Positions 35,518 through 44,332 of a stretch of 64,000 nucleotides of DNA are shown here, one piece after another. The notes under the pieces are model-generated. The model was not told the DNA's origin, did no database searches, and saw nothing but the letters and a program-made list of their open reading frames with translations. Origin of the DNA: an uncultured Candidatus Saccharibacteria bacterium. GTDB lineage: Bacteria; Patescibacteriota; Minisyncoccia; UBA6257; GWB1-50-10. The DNA is taken from the NCBI GenBank assembly GCA_964356375.1, contig CAYHGT010000002.1, positions 7,056-71,055 on the forward strand, in the 5' to 3' direction. Position 1 is the stretch's first letter. Every line of letters begins with the position of its first letter. The translations under genes were made by a program, and so were the position numbers.

Positions 35518-36081
35518 CTAAATTTTACCTATCAAATCTACGCCTGGGGTAAGCACGTCCTTTCCCGGTTCCCAACTCGCGGGACATACATTTCCCTTAT
35601 GCTCTCGTACAAACTTTGCCGCCTGAATTTTTCGTACCAATTCTTTTGCGCTTCTTCCGATACTATTGTCATGAATCTCAATAGTTTTCAAGATGCCATC
35701 AGGGTCAATAATAAATGTGCCACGAAGCGATAATCCTTCACCATCAATGTACGTTCCGAACATTCGCGAAATATTTCCCGTTGGATCTGCAAGCATTGGA
35801 TACTGAACCTTACCAATTGCGGGTGAGTTATCGTGCCATGCTTTATGTACAAATGCGGTATCAGTACTTACGCTCATAATCTCACCTCCCAATGCCTTAA
35901 TCTCATCGTAGTGTGATTCCGCATCTTCTAACTCGGTCGGACACACAAATGTGAAATCCGCGGGATAGAATATGAGTACAACCCACTTCCCTTTGTAGTT
36001 GGATAATTTAATTTTTGTAATCTCGTCGTTTTGGTACGCATCCGCTTCAAAATCGGGGACGTTTGAATTTATAGTAATCAT
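35518..36081 (-). CDS. typical 2-Cys peroxiredoxin (AhpC/Prx1 family)
   Basis: Peroxidatic Cys in DFTFVCPTE and the resolving Cys region NVCPASWEPG. Start placed at the ATG at 36081 (MITINS). Confidence 0.85.
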   Translation of the reverse strand: MITINSNVPDFEADAYQNDEITKIKLSNYKGKWVVLIFYPADFTFVCPTELEDAESHYDEIKALGGEIMSVSTDTAFVHKAWHDNSPAIGKVQYPMLADPTGNISRMFGTYIDGEGLSLRGTFIIDPDGILKTIEIHDNSIGRSAKELVRKIQAAKFVREHKGNVCPASWEPGKDVLTPGVDLIGKI

Positions 36082-36177
36082 GTGTAGTATTATACCAAAG
36101 AAGTGAGTTATAATAAACAAGATAAAATATGAGGAAAATAGTACAAAAACACTCCAGAGAGGGGTGCTTTTGTGCGC

Positions 36178-36206
36178 TTGACAGAATTATTATAACATGC
36201 TATCAT
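36178..36206 (+). promoter_or_regulatory. near-consensus sigma70-like promoter
   Basis: -35 TTGACA, 17-nt spacer, -10 TATCAT. Followed by a roughly 75-nt leader with a small hairpin (CTTTGC-acatac-GCAAAG) and a GGGA RBS before the ATG at 36284. Confidence 0.5.
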
Positions 36207-36283
36207 ACGAACAGAACTTGAGATATCCTAGGCTTTGCACATACGCAAAGATAAGGATTTCTCTTAACCAAAAGGGAAACGTC

Positions 36284-36427
36284 ATGGATAACGGCTGGGA
36301 AATTCTAAGCCCAAAAGACGAAGAAAAATATCAAAAACGAGTGCAAACAACCGCAAAGTTAATCGTTTTTGTTGGCATTCCGCTTTGGGTAGTAGCACTG
36401 ATTGCGGGGCTGATTTCGTCAATTTAG
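36284..36427 (+). CDS. small membrane protein (47 aa)
   Basis: MDNGWEILSPKDEEKYQKRVQTTAKLIVFVGIPLWVVALIAGLISSI with one TM. Supported by the promoter, an RBS and a downstream terminator. Confidence 0.35.
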   Translation: MDNGWEILSPKDEEKYQKRVQTTAKLIVFVGIPLWVVALIAGLISSI

Positions 36428-36442
36428 AGGTGACGCATACAA

Positions 36443-36476
36443 ACAAGGGCGACCATATGGTCGCCCTTCAATTTTT
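36443..36476. terminator. bidirectional terminator
   Basis: AAGGGCGACCATATGGTCGCCCTT perfect 24-nt palindrome flanked by T-rich sequence. Confidence 0.7.
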
Positions 36477-36481
36477 ATTAT

Positions 36482-37051
36482 CTACGCAAACCCTGTGAAA
36501 AAATCGGTCTTGATTTTACTACTTTTGACGCCCATTCCTTTCAACGTAACGCGGAATGCGTCCACCATAACTTTTGGTCCTGATATATAAAATGTTCGTT
36601 CTTTATAATCGGGGGTCGCGCCCATTATCATTTCTTTAGTGATAAAACCTTTATATGCCCACGGCGATATCTCGCCATCAGTTACTGCATATATCGTTTT
36701 TATACCAAGCCTTGCTCCTGCTTCATCAAACAACTCCTTGTATGCGGTCTCATCGGCGGTTCTATTGGAATAGAAAAGTGCAATATCTCTTTTCTCATCT
36801 CTATCAACCAAATATTTAATCATGCTTCTAAACGGCGTAATACCGATTCCACCTGCGACGCATGCGGACTCAACGTTTGTGGGCGCATTAAATACAAATG
36901 CAAATGCAGTATTCACACCCCAACACACACCCACAATAATCGCTGTAGAAATAAGGAATGAAAAAGGAGTAAACGGAAGAAGGCCGAAAAAACTAAGCAC
37001 AAAAGCAACGCCCAAAAGAAGTTCAAGGTAATAAAGTATCAGTCGATACAT
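36482..37051 (-). CDS. membrane-anchored FNR-like NAD(P)-binding domain protein; lacks a recognisable FAD-binding RxYS domain
   Basis: Two N-terminal TM helices, then the NAD(P)-binding glycine motif ACVAGGIGITPFRSM and the C-terminal YISGPKVMVDAF. Only 189 aa. Confidence 0.55.
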   Translation of the reverse strand: MYRLILYYLELLLGVAFVLSFFGLLPFTPFSFLISTAIIVGVCWGVNTAFAFVFNAPTNVESACVAGGIGITPFRSMIKYLVDRDEKRDIALFYSNRTADETAYKELFDEAGARLGIKTIYAVTDGEISPWAYKGFITKEMIMGATPDYKERTFYISGPKVMVDAFRVTLKGMGVKSSKIKTDFFTGFA

Positions 37052-37082
37052 CGTCGTCCGATTAAGAAAATTATCAATAATT

Positions 37083-37868
37083 TTAAGTACGCGTGGTTGT
37101 TTCTATAGGAACAAATGATTCAAAGTGTTCTGTCATTGTAGCAACACCATTTGCATCTATCATGCACGCTTCCAAATGGGGGATGGATGAGAGAAATTGA
37201 ATACCACTCTTACCCATGGCGAATGCAGCAGTTGCAAACCTATCTGCCTCATACACGTTATCTGCAAGAACAGTCATGCTCACAATATCTTGTATATCCT
37301 TGCGACCCGTGTGCGGATTATAAATATGTTGCCCGCGAATGTAGGTGCCCGAAGTTGCAATGCCCATGTCCGTTAAAGCCACCATCTTAATAATGCTGTT
37401 TTTCTCAAAAGGGTTTCGAATACCTATGCGCCATAGTTCTCCTTCCGCATTTTTTCCACACACCTCAATATCGCCACCCGCATCTACATAAAAATTCTTG
37501 AATCCTTTCGTATCGAGCATTTTTGATGCCTGATGAATTGACCAACCCTTCACCACGCCCGATGGATCAAACACGCCATCGTGCCACACATCGAAAAAAC
37601 CGTTCGTGTCTTTTTTTGTTACCTCTGCAAGCACAAGAACCTCGCGCATCTCTTTGCTGTAGTCATTCTCTTTTATTTCTCCATTATTTATACGCGTTAC
37701 CTCGCTCGTTGCTTTGTACGGACTGAATTGCTCGTCAATTGAACGAAAATACGAAAATACGGCCTCAAAATCCTCCTGTGTCGCCGTTGCGTCCACGATT
37801 TCAATCGTGATTGGCATGCCCATGATAAATCGTGCTTGCTTCATAGTATTATGCCCTCGCTTTCGCAA
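37083..37868 (-). CDS. apbE: FAD:protein FMN transferase (ApbE family)
   Basis: ApbE architecture (MGMPITIEIVD..., GFFDVWHDG, IATSGTYIRG). No evident signal peptide. Confidence 0.8.
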   Translation of the reverse strand: MRKRGHNTMKQARFIMGMPITIEIVDATATQEDFEAVFSYFRSIDEQFSPYKATSEVTRINNGEIKENDYSKEMREVLVLAEVTKKDTNGFFDVWHDGVFDPSGVVKGWSIHQASKMLDTKGFKNFYVDAGGDIEVCGKNAEGELWRIGIRNPFEKNSIIKMVALTDMGIATSGTYIRGQHIYNPHTGRKDIQDIVSMTVLADNVYEADRFATAAFAMGKSGIQFLSSIPHLEACMIDANGVATMTEHFESFVPIETTTRT

Positions 37869-38484
37869 GCGCGGAGGTCAGTGATTCAATATATGCGCCG
37901 GTCGTATAGGTCGCGCCAGATACCGCATTCACATTCGTACTCTGTGCTTGAATTGTTTCTGTCTTGAGCGTTGGAAGCGCATCCGCGTTAATTTGTCGTG
38001 AGGTACGATTTTGTGAAGCATCAATTACTTGCACATCCGCAATCTTTCCAACACTAATAATTGTGGTAACTTGTATTCTGCCCGTATACGCATAAGATGC
38101 GGACCCCACATAACTGCCGTCTTTATACGACATGCCCATCATTGAAGTCCTAGAGGTCGGCATCGTTACGGGCATCTTACTTGGCATTGGAGTCGGTGCT
38201 GGAGTTAGTTTTTGTGTGGAGGGCGGTATGTAATTATCTTCCTTTTCGTTCTTGCCCGTATATTTGCGAATTATGTTATTTATGTCTTGCACAGAAACCG
38301 GCTCTGGCACGGCCACGTTAGTAGGTACGTTGGACGTAGTCGCATCTGTAGGCGATTGCTTGCTCGGCAACAATAATACTGGCCGTGCTATAACATCGGT
38401 ACGAGCGCGCCAAAATGTATATATGCTGAATGACCCGATAAGAAATAGCGATAAAAAAAGTTTTTGAATCTGCTTAAACGTCAT
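37849..38484 (-). CDS. membrane-anchored FMN-binding (FMN_bind) domain protein, predicted ApbE substrate
   Basis: N-terminal TM. The C-terminal motif SGATYTTGAY matches the flavinylation site [ST]GAT[YF][ST] of NqrC/RnfG-type FMN_bind domains. Confidence 0.6.
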   Translation of the reverse strand: MTFKQIQKLFLSLFLIGSFSIYTFWRARTDVIARPVLLLPSKQSPTDATTSNVPTNVAVPEPVSVQDINNIIRKYTGKNEKEDNYIPPSTQKLTPAPTPMPSKMPVTMPTSRTSMMGMSYKDGSYVGSASYAYTGRIQVTTIISVGKIADVQVIDASQNRTSRQINADALPTLKTETIQAQSTNVNAVSGATYTTGAYIESLTSALAKARA

Positions 38485-38595
38485 TGTAGGCCTTTATGTA
38501 TTATATAATATAGCCATAAGTAATACGGCCTTGTGCGGGAGAATATTTCAGGAATAGTATGGTATACTATAAAAAAGTTAAGTAATCTACATAGT

Positions 38596-39069
38596 ATGGA
38601 AATTGAAAACGCGACAGAAGAAATAATAAAGGAAGCATTAAAATTTGCACAAGGCGGGAAGCTTGCGGTTATTTCCACCGTTGCCTCAAATGGCGTTCCG
38701 GAATCCGCAACGATTCTTTATTCCATTGATAATGATTTTAATTTTTACTTTATTACACGTAATGATTCGCGAAAAGCATCAAACCTCGCAACAAATAAAA
38801 ACGTTTCAATCGTAATTGGAACAGACCTTGGTCCGTCTACGTTACAAATGAACGGTGTTGCCGATCCGCTTTCCGTAGAGGGGCAAAAAGATTTCATTGA
38901 TAAACTTACAAAAAATGAAGATTTAAGCACGCTGTACTACGGCCCCTTCCTCAATATTTTGGGCGTTAACTTTACGCTTTATAAAGTGAGAATAAATTGG
39001 GCTCGCTGGCTTACGCTTGATATGGCGCGAATTAAGGAGGTGTACTATCAAATTATTCCGCAAAAATAG
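38596..39069 (+). CDS. pyridoxamine 5'-phosphate oxidase-like FMN-binding family protein (general stress protein 26-like)
   Basis: KLAVISTVASNGVPESATILYSIDNDFNFYFIT fits the PNPOx-like split-barrel family. Start placed at the ATG at 38596. Confidence 0.5.
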   Translation: MEIENATEEIIKEALKFAQGGKLAVISTVASNGVPESATILYSIDNDFNFYFITRNDSRKASNLATNKNVSIVIGTDLGPSTLQMNGVADPLSVEGQKDFIDKLTKNEDLSTLYYGPFLNILGVNFTLYKVRINWARWLTLDMARIKEVYYQIIPQK

Positions 39070-39076
39070 GTGTACA

Positions 39077-39108
39077 AAAAAGCCCCCGAAATATCGGGGG
39101 CAATTGAA
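39077..39108. terminator. bidirectional terminator
   Basis: AAAAAAGCCCCCGA-aat-ATCGGGGGC. The T-run lies on the minus-strand side. Confidence 0.6.
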
Positions 39109-39198
39109 ATTGAAAAAATTACCTAAACCAACCAATTAAACACGCGATGATATGGACAATTGTTGAACATCCACCGCAACAAGGTAAATACATACTGC

Positions 39199-39927
39199 TT
39201 ACCTCCACCCAAACCAGAATTTACCGAAAAGCGTCACCGTACTTGCAGAAATGCCCGACCTGGAACGATTCTCTCGCTGATACGAAGTACCAAGCTCGTA
39301 CGCACCTTTCTTGCACGGGAATATGGCTTTTACGCCAGTCCCGTAGATGGTGCGATTGTTCCAGTCATATCCGTAGGAATCGGCTGAGACCAATCCTTCT
39401 ACGAATGGGACGAATGAAACGCTTCCAATCTTCGCCACACGAACGCCTTGCTGGGCATACACTGTTGAAATGAAATTATTTCGCTCGGCAGGACTCACGT
39501 GGCCCGCGACCCCCCAAGAGCTTCCTGGGAATCGTTCGCACTGATTCCAGCCAAACCAGTAGGTCGCTTGAATCTGTGAAGCGCTTTTCTGCATACCACC
39601 CTTACGGTATTCGGTCGAATAACCGGCACCGAAAGAAATCATTCCGTTCGAAAAACTTTTCACGAACTTCGCGCCACCGATAGCAATCAGGCGATTGTTC
39701 CACTCGTACCCCTTGGTATCAAGTGTTCCATTGAGAGATGCGTAAGGGACAAGCGAGAGCGTCCCTTCCTGAAAAAGTGTGAATCCTTGCTCGAGATACA
39801 CCGACTTAATAACATTACCTTTCTCTGTGGGACTTGAGTTGCCCGTTGAACCCCACGAATTGCCGGGTGTCTGGGCATTCAAGCCGATGCATAACAGCAT
39901 CAAAAGAATGAAGCGTAAAAGTTTCAT
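39199..39927 (-). CDS. secreted protein made of two tandem ~110-aa repeats (beta-rich, Gly/Trp/Tyr-rich), function unknown
   Basis: Signal peptide MKLLRFILLMLLCIGLNA. Repeat 1 PGNSWGSTGNSSPTEKGNVIKSVYLEQG...ATYWFGWNQ; repeat 2 PGSSWGVAGHVSPAERNNFISTVYAQQG...KFWFGWR. Confidence 0.5.
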   Translation of the reverse strand: MKLLRFILLMLLCIGLNAQTPGNSWGSTGNSSPTEKGNVIKSVYLEQGFTLFQEGTLSLVPYASLNGTLDTKGYEWNNRLIAIGGAKFVKSFSNGMISFGAGYSTEYRKGGMQKSASQIQATYWFGWNQCERFPGSSWGVAGHVSPAERNNFISTVYAQQGVRVAKIGSVSFVPFVEGLVSADSYGYDWNNRTIYGTGVKAIFPCKKGAYELGTSYQRENRSRSGISASTVTLFGKFWFGWR

Positions 39928-39936
39928 TGACCCTCC

Positions 39937-40974
39937 TTAGGTCTCTTCAGTATAGCGGTTAACGAAGAACCAGCCAGAAATTGTTTTCCGTCTGATATTA
40001 ATTGACCAAAAGCAGTACACAAGAATGAGACAATCAATATATCGCAGAATCTGAAAGATTGGCGAATAAAGAATGACATCTTTCCTTTTTTCAACAATTC
40101 CCGCGACGACACACATGGTCATCATCCACAGCCAATCAAGTGATAAGACGAGAAGGGCGGTGCGCGGAAATAGAACAAGCCAAAGTGGCAAAAGCGATGC
40201 GATTAAGGAAAAGATAAGACCCTCTCCCATAAGCAACGCAGATTCAAGATTGATTTTCTTTGTACCACGAAGCAACTTATATTTCTTTACAATCTGCCAC
40301 GCGCCCACATACCAGCGACGCATTTGCTTCATGTAATCACGCAAGATTTTTGGGTCTTGCGTGTGTACGACCGCATCGTGCTCATAGGCAATCGTGCCAA
40401 GCTTTTTTAGGTGAATCTGGACGGTTACGTCCGCATCTTCAACGAGCGTGTCGTTGTCCCAATGGAGTTCTGGAAAAATGGAATTGCGATAGGTGGCTGC
40501 ACATCCCGGCGCGACCGTAATCACGCCCATTGCACTCTGACCTTTTTTGTAGATAAGGTGCGTAATGAAATAGACATAACAGCGATATGCCGTCAGCCAA
40601 TTTTGTGGAACACTTTTCACTCTTCCACATACCACGGTTACTTTTTCATTACTTTCAAAACGAGCCCATACGGCATTGAAATAATTCGCATCAACGCGCG
40701 TATCTGCGTCCATGAGCGAAATTAAATCGTACCAAGGAACAAGTTGAAAATACGAAACAGCAAGCGCGATGCTATGGGCCTTACCGACGTTTTTCGGGTT
40801 TCTCATAACATTTACGTCATACCACTTTGCAATGGCGAACGTGCTGTCACTTGAACCGTCATCAACAACGTAGATATCTTCACGGGCAACGCCCGCAAGG
40901 AGTATGCTCTCAATCGTTCTTCCTATCACGAGCTCCTCGTCCTTTGCGGGGACGAGAACGCACAATCTTAGCAT
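39937..40974 (-). CDS. processive family-2 glycosyltransferase (PgaC/IcaA/cellulose-synthase-like)
   Basis: GT2 motifs: D in VVDDGSSD, DAD (LMDADT), TED-like LVEDAD, and QxxRW (QMRRW). C-terminal TM helices. Confidence 0.8.
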   Translation of the reverse strand: MLRLCVLVPAKDEELVIGRTIESILLAGVAREDIYVVDDGSSDSTFAIAKWYDVNVMRNPKNVGKAHSIALAVSYFQLVPWYDLISLMDADTRVDANYFNAVWARFESNEKVTVVCGRVKSVPQNWLTAYRCYVYFITHLIYKKGQSAMGVITVAPGCAATYRNSIFPELHWDNDTLVEDADVTVQIHLKKLGTIAYEHDAVVHTQDPKILRDYMKQMRRWYVGAWQIVKKYKLLRGTKKINLESALLMGEGLIFSLIASLLPLWLVLFPRTALLVLSLDWLWMMTMCVVAGIVEKRKDVILYSPIFQILRYIDCLILVYCFWSINIRRKTISGWFFVNRYTEET

Positions 40975-41130
40975 GGTGAACCTGCCTTTCTGCAGTAGTT
41001 TAAATTCTGAATTTGGTTTGTTAAGGAGCGGAAAACCTTGGAATTACCAAGGAGTTCTGTGTGCATAAATTAACATCATTGACTTAAAATGTCAAAGAAA
41101 AATGCCCCGCGATTTGCGGGGCAGAATATT

Positions 41131-41913
41131 TCAATGCATTTTTTGGATTCCTTGAACCACGGTGACCGTCTTCACTTTGTTCGCGCGAAGATACTCAATA
41201 GTTGTCTGCAACGTTTCAGGTGTTGCGGAATAGGGGGAGCCGTTACGGTCAATGCTGTGAAAGAGCAGAATGAGCCATGTACGATTCGCAACGGCCGTAT
41301 CAATCCATTTCGCGATTTGTTCCGGCGTAATAGTGATCACTACAGTTTGGTCTTTCAATAAAAATCTATTGCCGTTTCTAAAATTGAATCCAGGGACACA
41401 CGTCCTTGCGCCGATATAGCCACTATGTTTTACAACTTCGACCACGCTATTGTTGTAATCATCATATGGATAGGCAAATGTACGCGCACGAATCTGGAGC
41501 AACGCGAGGTCCTTTTTGGAACCCACGACTTCTTCTTTCATCTTATTTTCGGGAATCCGCGTAAGATACGGATGTGTGCGCGAGTGCGAGCCGACTTCCT
41601 GTCCTCTAGATGCGAGCTTCCGAATGTCGGTCTCACTCATATACAGGTGGTCCGCCTTGCGAGGCGCGTCGGTTATCACGAAATAATTCGCGTGCATTTT
41701 TGCGGAGCGGAGCATGGGGAGCGCTACATCGTATGCGCTCTTATAGCCGTCATCAAAGGCGATGGTGACCATGCCCTCGCTAAAGGGCTCGCTGGCCGAC
41801 TCCTTCCCGCCACTTACAAGTGGTTTTGTGTGTGTCGCACACGGAAGAAGTAATGCCAAAAGGCATGCCGTTATGAGTGCAAAGATTAAGCTCAGCCCTC
41901 TGATTGATTTCAC
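41131..41913 (-). CDS. polysaccharide deacetylase (CE4/NodB domain, PgaB/IcaB-like), secreted
   Basis: Signal peptide, then the NodB motifs TFDDGY and HSRTHP. Confidence 0.75.
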   Translation of the reverse strand: MKSIRGLSLIFALITACLLALLLPCATHTKPLVSGGKESASEPFSEGMVTIAFDDGYKSAYDVALPMLRSAKMHANYFVITDAPRKADHLYMSETDIRKLASRGQEVGSHSRTHPYLTRIPENKMKEEVVGSKKDLALLQIRARTFAYPYDDYNNSVVEVVKHSGYIGARTCVPGFNFRNGNRFLLKDQTVVITITPEQIAKWIDTAVANRTWLILLFHSIDRNGSPYSATPETLQTTIEYLRANKVKTVTVVQGIQKMH

Positions 41914-42047
41914 TGAACCCTCCTATGGGTGGTAAGTTTCTAAATATAAAATACATAAAATAGGTTTGTTCGTCAAGGATAGCGGTGAAAATATAAATTG
42001 TATACTTATAGAAGGACTCGAAATCCTAAATTATTTTTTTAATCGGT

Positions 42048-42443
42048 ATGGACAAAAAGATTTGGCTCGCGCTCGCGGTGGTGGCGCTTCTTGCGGTGGG
42101 GTGGTATGTGGTAAGCAAAAATACGTCGGCTCCCTACGCGTCACAAACAGGTGGCACGGAGGATGTGAAAACATTTGCGGTCTCGGGAAATGAATTTAGT
42201 TTCGCACCGAGCGCAATCAGTGTGAAAAAAGGCGAGACAGTAAAAGTCGTATTCACAAATACGGGAAAGTATCCGCACAATTTTGTAGTAGATGAACTTG
42301 GTGTGAAGTCGGAAACCATAAATCAGGGCGCAACAATCGAAACAACGTTTATCGCAAGTAAGGCGGGTGCGTTTGCATTCTATTGCAGTGTGGGCACGCA
42401 TCGCACAAAAGGAATGGTTGGCACGATAACCGTCGGGGAATAA
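42048..42443 (+). CDS. cupredoxin (type-1 blue copper, plastocyanin/amicyanin-like) domain protein, membrane-anchored
   Basis: Cu ligand pattern H (YPHNF) ... C-x2-H-x4-M (YCSVGTHRTKGM). N-terminal TM/signal. Confidence 0.7.
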   Translation: MDKKIWLALAVVALLAVGWYVVSKNTSAPYASQTGGTEDVKTFAVSGNEFSFAPSAISVKKGETVKVVFTNTGKYPHNFVVDELGVKSETINQGATIETTFIASKAGAFAFYCSVGTHRTKGMVGTITVGE

Positions 42444-42525
42444 AAATTGTTTGATAAAACCCGAGAATCTAGGTAAAACGTAAACAGTTCATTAATCGCA
42501 GTTTCATTCTCACAAGGAGAGAATA

Positions 42526-42747
42526 ATGAAAACACTGATAGAAATCTCCGCACTTCTTGGGATTCCGCTTTCCGAGGTTGAGGAAGCGCTTAATCAGAAG
42601 ATCGCTCAAAAAGATTTTGAAGATTTTTCAAAGGCAAAAGAAGGTAGTGACGAACAGAAATCTGCGCTTGAAAAGCTAAATAGAGGGGGCTTAGTCCGAA
42701 AGGCCTACGAATCTTTCGGTCCAGATTCGGAAGACGTGCACCATTAG
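42526..42747 (+). CDS. hypothetical small acidic protein
   Basis: RBS AAGGAGAG, 73 aa, no motif. Confidence 0.4.
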   Translation: MKTLIEISALLGIPLSEVEEALNQKIAQKDFEDFSKAKEGSDEQKSALEKLNRGGLVRKAYESFGPDSEDVHH

Positions 42748-42752
42748 TTAAT

Positions 42753-42783
42753 ATGCCACCCAATTGGGTGGCGTTTTTTTTGC
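42753..42783 (+). terminator. rho-independent terminator
   Basis: GCCACCC-aatt-GGGTGGC followed by GTTTTTTTTT. Confidence 0.8.
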
Positions 42784-42860
42784 CCTTTGCCTCATGCGAT
42801 GCAGAGTGGTATATATAAAAGTAGTTCATAACAATTTAATACGACCAAAAAGGAGGGCAT

Positions 42861-44273
42861 ATGAGTAGCCCAAAAATCATTCAGGGTGGTATGGGCGTCG
42901 GTGTCTCTGGATACCGTCTCGCGCGAACCGTAGCAATGCTTGGACAACGTGGCACCGTTTCAGGTGTCGCGCTTGAACGATTAATGACGCGTGTGTTACA
43001 AAAAGGCGATCCGAATGGCGACATTCGACGCGCGCTTTCGCATTTTCCGTTTTCGGAAATTGCCGAAAAAATCATTGCTATGTATTTTGTGGAAGGCGGA
43101 ATTCCGCAAGGGAAGTCCTACAAAGCCATGCCATTCTTTAGCGTAGAGCCCTCGCGCAATCTCATTAATCTCGTAGTCACAGCAAACTTCGTGTGGGTCT
43201 GGCTCGCCAAAGAAGGTCATTCTAATCCGATTAGTATTAACTACTTGGAAAAGGTCTCAATGCCACATATCTATGCGGTTACGGGCGCAATGCTCGCGGG
43301 CGTGGACTATGTGACAATGGGTGCGGGCATTCCGCTTGCAATTCCCAAAGTGCTGGATGATATTGCGAGTGGCAGGGAAGCGAGCTATCGCGTCCCCGTG
43401 GACGGTACTGATATTACAAGTTATTTGATGAGGTTTGACCCCGCAAAGTTTTTTGGGCGCGAACTGCCTAGGATGAAGCGACCGGGTTTTATTCCCATCA
43501 TTGCATCCAATATGCTTGCAAACATCTTTATGAAGAAATTGCCCGCGGGAAGTGTGCAAGGATTCGTAATTGAAGAGCCGACTGCGGGTGGCCACAATGC
43601 GCCTCCGCGTAAATTGATTCTTAACGATTTTAACGAACCGCTTCCCATCTACGGCGAAAAAGATGTCGTGGACTATGAGGCGCTCACCAAACTCGGCGTG
43701 CCATTCTGGATTGGCGGTTCATACGCAAGCCCCGAAAAACTGAAATGGGTGCTCTCGGTCGGAGCCGAGGGCATTCAGGCGGGTTCCATCTTCGCGCTTT
43801 CCAATGACTCCGATATGAATGCGGAAATTCGCAGACGGACACGCAAACTCGGATTTGAGGGAAAACTCATTGTCCGCACCGATATGCGCATCTCGCCCAC
43901 AGGCTTTCCGTTCAAAGTAATCGTTCTTGATGACACGATTGCCATTCCCGAAATCTACGAAGCGCGAGAGCGCGTCTGTAGCCAAGGAGGACTGATTGTC
44001 CTTTATGAGCGTCCTGATGGGAAGATTGGCTACCGATGCCCAAGCGAACCCGAAGCAATGTACGTCGCAAAAGGCGGCGACCTCGCGGATACCGTGGGGC
44101 GCGGCTGTCTCTGCAATGGCTTGATGGCAAATGCTGACCTCGGCGACTCAACCGAAGACATTGTTGCCACACTCGGCGACGATGTAAGCTTCCTCCCGTT
44201 CCTGATGAAGGATAAGAATGATTCCTACTCCGCATCCGATGCCATTGGATATCTTCGCGGCAACTTGCCCTGA
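42861..44273 (+). CDS. nitronate monooxygenase (NMO/2-nitropropane dioxygenase) family FMN-dependent oxidoreductase
   Basis: N-terminal IIQGGMGVGVS signature of the NMO/FabK TIM-barrel family. RBS AAAAGGAGGG. 470 aa. Confidence 0.6.
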   Translation: MSSPKIIQGGMGVGVSGYRLARTVAMLGQRGTVSGVALERLMTRVLQKGDPNGDIRRALSHFPFSEIAEKIIAMYFVEGGIPQGKSYKAMPFFSVEPSRNLINLVVTANFVWVWLAKEGHSNPISINYLEKVSMPHIYAVTGAMLAGVDYVTMGAGIPLAIPKVLDDIASGREASYRVPVDGTDITSYLMRFDPAKFFGRELPRMKRPGFIPIIASNMLANIFMKKLPAGSVQGFVIEEPTAGGHNAPPRKLILNDFNEPLPIYGEKDVVDYEALTKLGVPFWIGGSYASPEKLKWVLSVGAEGIQAGSIFALSNDSDMNAEIRRRTRKLGFEGKLIVRTDMRISPTGFPFKVIVLDDTIAIPEIYEARERVCSQGGLIVLYERPDGKIGYRCPSEPEAMYVAKGGDLADTVGRGCLCNGLMANADLGDSTEDIVATLGDDVSFLPFLMKDKNDSYSASDAIGYLRGNLP

Positions 44274-44295
44274 GCGAAATCGAAGGGATAACTAT

Positions 44296-44324
44296 TTCGC
44301 CACCCGCAAGGGTGGCGTTTTTAT
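44296..44324 (+). terminator. rho-independent terminator
   Basis: CGCCACCC-gcaa-GGGTGGCG followed by TTTTTAT. Confidence 0.75.
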
Positions 44325-44332
44325 CAATAATT

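Noticed and set aside
42755-44317. Two terminators with near-identical stems (GCCACCC...GGGTGGC at 42755-42772 and CGCCACCC...GGGTGGCG at 44298-44317), considered as a possible repeat element.
   Set aside because: Only 7-8 bp are shared and the loops differ. GC-rich terminator stems commonly converge on similar sequences, so this is not evidence of a mobile or repeated element.
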